Assembly: GCA_012735575.1 (NCBI GenBank)
Contig: JAAYGY010000012.1
Location: 3,833-67,832 of the forward strand
Length of the DNA: 64,000 nt
Direction of reading: 5' to 3'
Source: Clostridiales bacterium
Lineage (GTDB): Bacteria > Bacillota > Clostridia > Caldicoprobacterales > UBA3941
Position numbers and translations under genes: made by a program
Notes under the pieces: generated by a model
Database searches by the model: none
Seen by the model: the letters and a program-made list of their open reading frames with translations, nothing else
Told to the model about the DNA's origin: nothing
Part shown: one piece after another, positions 58,877-64,000 of the stretch
Numbering within the stretch: position 1 is the first letter of the stretch
Layout: every line of letters begins with the position of its first letter

Positions 58877-59891
58877 TTTTATGAATGACTACAGCGAGGG
58901 TGCCCATCCTAGAATACTAGAACTACTTTATAAATCAAATTACGAGCAAAATATAGGATATGGGTTAGATGTACACAGCGAGAAATCCAGAGAATATATT
59001 CGGAAATTAATAGGAAGGCAAAAGGCTGATATTCATTTTATCCCTGGTGGTACACTGACCAACCTAACAGTTATTTCTGCACTGCTAAGACCTCATCAAT
59101 GTGTTATATCTGCCGACACTGGTCATATTAATGTACATGAAGCAGGCGCTGTTGAGGCTACAGGACATAAGGTAGTTATAGCGGCATCAAAAGAAGGCAA
59201 ACTGTATCCAGAAGCCATTGAGGCTGTATTAAAATATCATTCTGATGAACATATGGTACTGCCTAAGATGGTTTATATATCAAACTCTACGGAGTTAGGA
59301 ACCATTTATTCTAAGGATGAACTAACTCGCATTCATAATGTTTGTAAAGAAAAAGGGCTGATTCTTTTTCTTGACGGTGCACGTATTGGAAATGCTTTAA
59401 TGTCTAAGTATAACGATTTAACCTTTAAGGATATTGCCAATTTAGTGGATGTTTTTTATATTGGTGGCACTAAAAATGGAGCATTACTGGGTGAAGCCTT
59501 GGTTGTTTGCAATGATAACCTAAAAGAAGATCTTAGGTATTTAATAAAGCAAAAAGGGGCTCTTATGGCCAAAGGTTTTGTTATGGGCATCCAATTTGAA
59601 GCCCTGTTTCAGGATGATCTATATTTTAGATTGGCTAAACATGCCAATAAGATGGCAGAGATAATAACCGGTGCTTTGACAGAACTGGGTTATTCTTTCT
59701 ATGTACCGCCATGCACCAATCAGCTATTTCCTGTTGTACCTAACCATGTATTAGAGTTTTTAGCACAAAAATTTGATTTTTATATTTATAAAAAGATTGA
59801 CCAAGATAGCAGCGTGATTAGGCTTGTCACTTCATGGGCTACTACCCAAGAAAGTGTAGACAGGTTAATAGAGGCTTTACCTAAGATATGA
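58869..59891 (+). CDS. Threonine aldolase / beta-eliminating lyase family PLP enzyme
   Basis: N-terminus FMNDYSEGAHPRIL, putative PLP lysine in GGTKNG, ~340 aa. Confidence 0.75.
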   Translation: MYSFMNDYSEGAHPRILELLYKSNYEQNIGYGLDVHSEKSREYIRKLIGRQKADIHFIPGGTLTNLTVISALLRPHQCVISADTGHINVHEAGAVEATGHKVVIAASKEGKLYPEAIEAVLKYHSDEHMVLPKMVYISNSTELGTIYSKDELTRIHNVCKEKGLILFLDGARIGNALMSKYNDLTFKDIANLVDVFYIGGTKNGALLGEALVVCNDNLKEDLRYLIKQKGALMAKGFVMGIQFEALFQDDLYFRLAKHANKMAEIITGALTELGYSFYVPPCTNQLFPVVPNHVLEFLAQKFDFYIYKKIDQDSSVIRLVTSWATTQESVDRLIEALPKI

Positions 59892-60081
59892 TACAAGGGA
59901 GCTGTTGCAAAACGGGCTCTAAATAAAAAAGCAGATGAGAATAAAGTATTGATTTTCATCTGCCTTCTATATTATTGACAAACTAGCTAATAGACGGTTA
60001 TATGCTAACTGGTATTGAAAAAAGAAATATCCGTATACCAAAAAATCCTTTAGGTTAAAATAAAACTCTATCCATAAAAGG

Positions 60082-60106
60082 ACCCTGCTCATCCAAAGAG
60101 CAGGGT
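60082..60106. terminator. Terminator hairpin downstream of the esterase gene
   Basis: Stem ACCCTGCTC/GAGCAGGGT with a 7-nt loop and T/A-rich flanks. Confidence 0.65.
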
Positions 60107-60121
60107 TTATTATAAAGATTT

Positions 60122-60997
60122 CTATAATTTTCGTTTAATAAAGTCTAAAATCTCAGTATGTAATTCACGACTCCAGAAAGCACCTTCATGGGGTGCATTT
60201 TCTACCCGAATCATTTCTGTATCATATCCATTATTTATCAGGGTTTTATACATTTTCTCACCCTGTTCATAGGGAACTACAGTATCAGCATCACCATGAA
60301 TAATAAGTAGAGGAGGATAGTTTTTATCTTTTTCAACTATATGGAAAGGACTCATTTCTTTTAATAGATCTATATTTTCTGTTAATTTCCCTCCAACAAA
60401 TCCACCAAAGTGTTCTTGTGCACTTGTTATATTGGGATTATTGGCTAGAAGCTCTACTAAATCAGTAGGACCAAAACATTGAATAGCAAGAGAAACACTA
60501 TCTGAGCAATCTGCATATTCATGAGTTTTATATCTCGGATCATCCCCTGTCATGGCCACTAGCATAGCTGTATTACCACCGGAAGATGTGCCCCAAAAAC
60601 ATACCCGATTTGGATCTATTCCGTAGATATGAGCATGTTTACGTAAGAATCGAATTGCAGTTTTTGCATCCTGTAGGAAAGCAGGCGCGGGATATCCTTC
60701 CATAAAACTCCTGTGGGTAATTGTAGCTACTACATAACCCATTCTTGCATATTCAGCAAGTTGAGGTATCTCATAATAAACATCTGGAAAAGTCCATGCA
60801 CTACCCTGCAGGAAGACAATAAGAGGTCGACGGGGAATTTTTTCTTCACTTTGATCTGTTTCATCATGCCAAGGTACCATTATCTGCATTTTAAGTTCTA
60901 CGCCAGTAGCAGTAGAAAAAACCACGTCAGGTATTAACTTAGCTAAACCTTCCAAACTTGGATTGCTTTTTAAGGTTTTAATCTCAGGATAATCCAT
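60122..60997 (-). CDS. Alpha/beta hydrolase (esterase/lipase family)
   Basis: Nucleophile elbow GTSSGG (GxSxG). HGDADTVVP region containing the catalytic Asp/His context. 291 aa. Confidence 0.8.
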   Translation of the reverse strand: MDYPEIKTLKSNPSLEGLAKLIPDVVFSTATGVELKMQIMVPWHDETDQSEEKIPRRPLIVFLQGSAWTFPDVYYEIPQLAEYARMGYVVATITHRSFMEGYPAPAFLQDAKTAIRFLRKHAHIYGIDPNRVCFWGTSSGGNTAMLVAMTGDDPRYKTHEYADCSDSVSLAIQCFGPTDLVELLANNPNITSAQEHFGGFVGGKLTENIDLLKEMSPFHIVEKDKNYPPLLIIHGDADTVVPYEQGEKMYKTLINNGYDTEMIRVENAPHEGAFWSRELHTEILDFIKRKL

Positions 60998-61032
60998 ATT
61001 TTTCTCTCCCTTTTTATTTTGCTTAGGTAAAC

Positions 61033-61065
61033 TTATCTATAACTAATATATTCTTCACGGATCAT
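61033..61065 (-). other. Candidate 10-codon upstream ORF (MIREEYISYR*) in the esterase leader
   Basis: Perfect AAGGAGG (61072-61078) sits 6 nt upstream of the ATG at 61065. The stop is at 61033-61035, 35 nt upstream of the esterase ATG. Confidence 0.35.
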
Positions 61066-61246
61066 GAGATTCCTCCTTATCTAGCCTGTAAAGGTAGTAC
61101 AATATAGAATTATAATTGTCCAAATTATTTAGTGGAAATTCAATTTCCTATCGAGTATAATTAATTATGAATTTTGCAGATATGTGAAATTCATTATTAT
61201 CATATTCTTCTATATGCAAAAGAAATATAATTGGAGAGGTTATAGT

Positions 61247-62002
61247 ATGAATGAATTTTCAAGGACTGAACTATTATTAGGCGTTGAAGGTGTTAATAAA
61301 TTAAAGGAATCATCTGTAGCAGTATTCGGAATAGGTGGAGTAGGATCTTTTACTGTTGAAGCTTTGGCTAGAAGCGGTGTGGGTAGAATAGATATATTTG
61401 ATGATGACAAGGTATGTATAACCAATATAAATAGACAACTAATTGCCACCAGAAAGACCATAGGCAAACCCAAGGTTGAGGTGATGCGAGAAAGAATATT
61501 AGAGATTAACCCAAGAACTAAAGTTGAAGCGAATCAGACCTTTTATAGTAAGGAAAATGCAGATGAGTTTGACTTATCCAAATATGACTATATAGTAGAT
61601 GCTATTGATACCGTATCATCAAAGCTGGTTCTGATTGAAAGAGCTAAGGAATGTAATACACCTATTATTAGCTGCATGGGTGCAGGTAACAAGTTGGATC
61701 CTACAAAATTTGAAGTAACGGATATATATAAAACCAGTGTATGTCCCCTTGCTAAGACCATGAGGTATGAACTAAGAAAAAGAGGCATAGAATCCTTAAA
61801 GGTAGTATATTCTAAAGAACCACCACTAAAACCCATTGTAAATAATGAGGATAATTGTAAAACTAATTGTGTTTGTCCTGCAGGAACAACACGAAAATGT
61901 ACTGTTAGAAGGCAAATTCCTGGAAGTGTATCCTTTGTCCCTTCTGTAGCTGGATTAATTATTGCTGGTGAAGTAATTAAGGATATTTTGGGAATAGAAT
62001 AG
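61247..62002 (+). CDS. tcdA: tRNA threonylcarbamoyladenosine dehydratase (ThiF/E1-like)
   Basis: Start moved to ATG 61247 (GGAGAGG RBS). FSRTELLLG.., VFGIGGVGSF.. Rossmann motif, TNINRQ. Confidence 0.85.
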   Translation: MNEFSRTELLLGVEGVNKLKESSVAVFGIGGVGSFTVEALARSGVGRIDIFDDDKVCITNINRQLIATRKTIGKPKVEVMRERILEINPRTKVEANQTFYSKENADEFDLSKYDYIVDAIDTVSSKLVLIERAKECNTPIISCMGAGNKLDPTKFEVTDIYKTSVCPLAKTMRYELRKRGIESLKVVYSKEPPLKPIVNNEDNCKTNCVCPAGTTRKCTVRRQIPGSVSFVPSVAGLIIAGEVIKDILGIE

Positions 62003-62012
62003 GAGTAAAGAA

Positions 62013-62546
62013 ATGAGACTTTTCATAGCTATTAATTTTGATGAAAAATCTAAAAATGCTATTCAGCAAATCAGTGATGAGGTAAAAAAACATTGTAAAC
62101 AGGGAAGATTTGTAAAGAGCCAACATTTACATCTGACGTTGGAGTTTCTTGGAAATGTTCCATCAACACAGGTGGAAAAAGTAAAAAGTGCTATGGACCA
62201 GGTTAAGGAAGAGAAATTTACAATAAAACTAAGTGAAATTGGATTTTTTAGAGGCAGGGATGGACATATATATTGGATAGGGATAGAAGAAAACAAGACC
62301 CTTTTAGATCTTCAAAAACGACTTCACAAAGCACTTGAAAATCAGGGATTTATATTGGAAAACAGACTCTACAAACCTCATATTACTATAGGTAGGAGAG
62401 TCAAAGTTAAGGATACCTTTTTACCTGAAAAACTATCATCTGAAATTAAGCAGGTAGAGGTGGATGTGGACAAAATAGATCTAATGAAATCAGAACATGT
62501 GAATGGGGAACTGGTATATTCTATAGAATATACTAGAAGATTTTAG
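62013..62546 (+). CDS. thpR: RNA 2',3'-cyclic phosphodiesterase (2H phosphoesterase)
   Basis: Two HxTx motifs (HLTLEF and HITIGR), ~177 aa. Confidence 0.85.
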   Translation: MRLFIAINFDEKSKNAIQQISDEVKKHCKQGRFVKSQHLHLTLEFLGNVPSTQVEKVKSAMDQVKEEKFTIKLSEIGFFRGRDGHIYWIGIEENKTLLDLQKRLHKALENQGFILENRLYKPHITIGRRVKVKDTFLPEKLSSEIKQVEVDVDKIDLMKSEHVNGELVYSIEYTRRF

Positions 62547-62635
62547 CTTTATATTATTAGAGGCAAGTACCATTTATGTTTATAACGATACCTTTAATAT
62601 GTAGGCTGGCTCTAAAAGTTAAATTTTTTTTAGTT

Positions 62636-62661
62636 AGTAAAAAGGCGGGGTAACCCGCCTT
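62636..62661 (-). terminator. Rho-independent terminator of the phosphofructokinase gene
   Basis: On the minus strand, stem AAGGCGGG/CCCGCCTT with a 4-nt loop, followed by TTTTAC. Confidence 0.8.
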
Positions 62662-62668
62662 ATAAATT

Positions 62669-63883
62669 TTATTTCTTCAAGATTTTAGGGGCTCTAGGTG
62701 CTCTCAGCAAGCTTGCTGTTGGCATATCGGACCCTAATAGTGGGGTGAGGTAGTATTTAAAGGCATCTGTAACATTATTGCCTTCATCATTAATAAATTC
62801 ATCAGGCATTAATCTTGTTTTACCAGCGACCTCCCGCAAATCTGTCAACTTATAGTCTACGGAATAATAACCTGTCCTATGTATTGTGATAGAACCATCT
62901 ACATTATCCCAAATTGCAAACTGAGCAGCTTTTTCGCCTACTTCCCTTGCTTCTTGCTGGTCTACATCGGATACGCATCCCATAAAGGATCTTTGTAAGT
63001 ATCCAAAGGTATCTGCCCTAACTCTTTGTATGTTTAGCTTTTCCTTAACTTGATTAGCCAGGAGATCTCCTAAAGCACCTGTTCCAGACAGCTGTATATT
63101 ACCATGAGCATCTCTTTCCTGGTCTACCAGCTTTGTTACAATAGGTTGCCCTTTTTCATCTTGTATCCCTTCTGAAACAGCAACTATACATCTACCGTAT
63201 TTATCGTAAACATTCTTAATATCTCTTAAAAATTTGTCCATACTAAAAGGTTTCTCAGGCAGGTAAATTAAATGTGGCCCATCATCGGGGTATTTTTGAG
63301 CTATAGAGGATGCGGCAGTCAAAAAGCCGGCATGGCGACCCATGACAACTCCTATATGCACCCCGGGTAAAGCTCTGTTATCTAAATTAAGACCAATAAA
63401 GGCCTGAGCAACAAATTTAGCGGCTGAACCATAGCCAGGGGTATGGTCGTTTACCATTAGATCATTATCAATTGTTTTTGGAATGTGAATAGCCCTAAAT
63501 TCATAATCAGCAGATTCAGCCTGTTCATTAACTATTCTAACCGTATCCGCTGAATCATTACCGCCTATATAAAAGAAATACCTAACATCATGTGCTTTAA
63601 ATACTTTAAAGATTTCCTTGCAATAGGCTTGGTCTGGCTTGTCCCTTGTTGAAAATAGAGCTGATGAAGGTGTCTTTGCAACTTGTTCTAGATTATGGGT
63701 GGTTTCCTGGGTTAGATCGATGAAGTCTTCATTGATGATACCTGCTACTCCGTTGATAGCTCCATAAACTTTTGTAACCTGGGGAAATTTCCTGGATTCA
63801 AGTACGGCGCCTACCAAAGATTGGTTAATTACTGCGGTTGGGCCACCGCCTTGAGCTACGACAACTTTTCCTTCAAGTCTCAT
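62669..63883 (-). CDS. Phosphofructokinase, predicted pyrophosphate-dependent type
   Basis: 404 aa. GGGPTAVIN, GGNDS (Asp where ATP-PFKs have the second Gly of GGDGS) and PKTIDND (Lys where ATP-PFKs have Gly). Confidence 0.85.
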   Translation of the reverse strand: MRLEGKVVVAQGGGPTAVINQSLVGAVLESRKFPQVTKVYGAINGVAGIINEDFIDLTQETTHNLEQVAKTPSSALFSTRDKPDQAYCKEIFKVFKAHDVRYFFYIGGNDSADTVRIVNEQAESADYEFRAIHIPKTIDNDLMVNDHTPGYGSAAKFVAQAFIGLNLDNRALPGVHIGVVMGRHAGFLTAASSIAQKYPDDGPHLIYLPEKPFSMDKFLRDIKNVYDKYGRCIVAVSEGIQDEKGQPIVTKLVDQERDAHGNIQLSGTGALGDLLANQVKEKLNIQRVRADTFGYLQRSFMGCVSDVDQQEAREVGEKAAQFAIWDNVDGSITIHRTGYYSVDYKLTDLREVAGKTRLMPDEFINDEGNNVTDAFKYYLTPLLGSDMPTASLLRAPRAPKILKK

Positions 63884-64000
63884 ACGCTACTACTCTCCTT
63901 ACCTTTTTATTTTTCCAATATTAAAAATATTGGATTTATAATAATGGCAAAAAACAGCTTGCCACACTGTTTACATAAAATAAGGCAACAAAAGAAAGCT

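Noticed and set aside
1-64000. I looked for CRISPR arrays, rRNA, IS elements/transposases, integrases, prophage modules and recognisable defence systems (RM pairs, toxin-antitoxin pairs, Cas, abortive-infection ATPases).
   Set aside because: I saw no regularly spaced direct repeats and no transposase, integrase or recombinase-like ORFs. The only DNA-modification gene (20859-22169) has no nuclease partner. The window is mostly core metabolism.

Overview
This is a low-GC chromosomal segment from an anaerobic Firmicute, most likely class Clostridia. It is densely packed and mostly core/housekeeping. Left to right: the 3' part of a P1B heavy-metal ATPase plus an HMA chaperone; tRNA-Leu(CAA) beside a decayed gene scar; secreted/envelope proteins (DUF457, SIMPL, CAP); polA-coaE-lytic transglycosylase; an orphan family-5 solute-binding lipoprotein; tRNA-Leu(GAG); a peptidoglycan-binding protein; two half-size TSUP/TauE genes; pepF; a complete rnfCDGEAB operon with a DNA methyltransferase gene attached to its 3' end; an M16 peptidase pair; lgt; pncB; patatin; and a DivIVA-domain protein. 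Next comes a ~12 kb accessory-looking sulfatase locus: membrane AraC-type regulator, LplABC-type ABC importer, three cytoplasmic Cys-type sulfatases and an OPA-like MFS. The rest is putP, pit/DUF47, a MacB/FtsX-type ABC exporter whose permease carries a ~310-aa coiled-coil insertion, a Ca2+-type P-ATPase, adenine deaminase, GT8, nitroreductase, a threonine-aldolase-like enzyme, an esterase, tcdA, thpR and a PPi-type phosphofructokinase. I found no CRISPR array, rRNA, transposase, integrase, prophage or recognisable defence system. I cannot support a claim of a clear-cut new system. The best candidates for follow-up are the hydrolase-free sulfatase/transporter locus, the coiled-coil-bearing ABC permease, the orphan methyltransferase riding on the rnf operon, the repeated xAT motif block at the RnfD flavinylation site, the in-frame TAG-separated TSUP halves and the CPG-variant metal ATPase. 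All family assignments come from motif recognition by eye, not from database searches.
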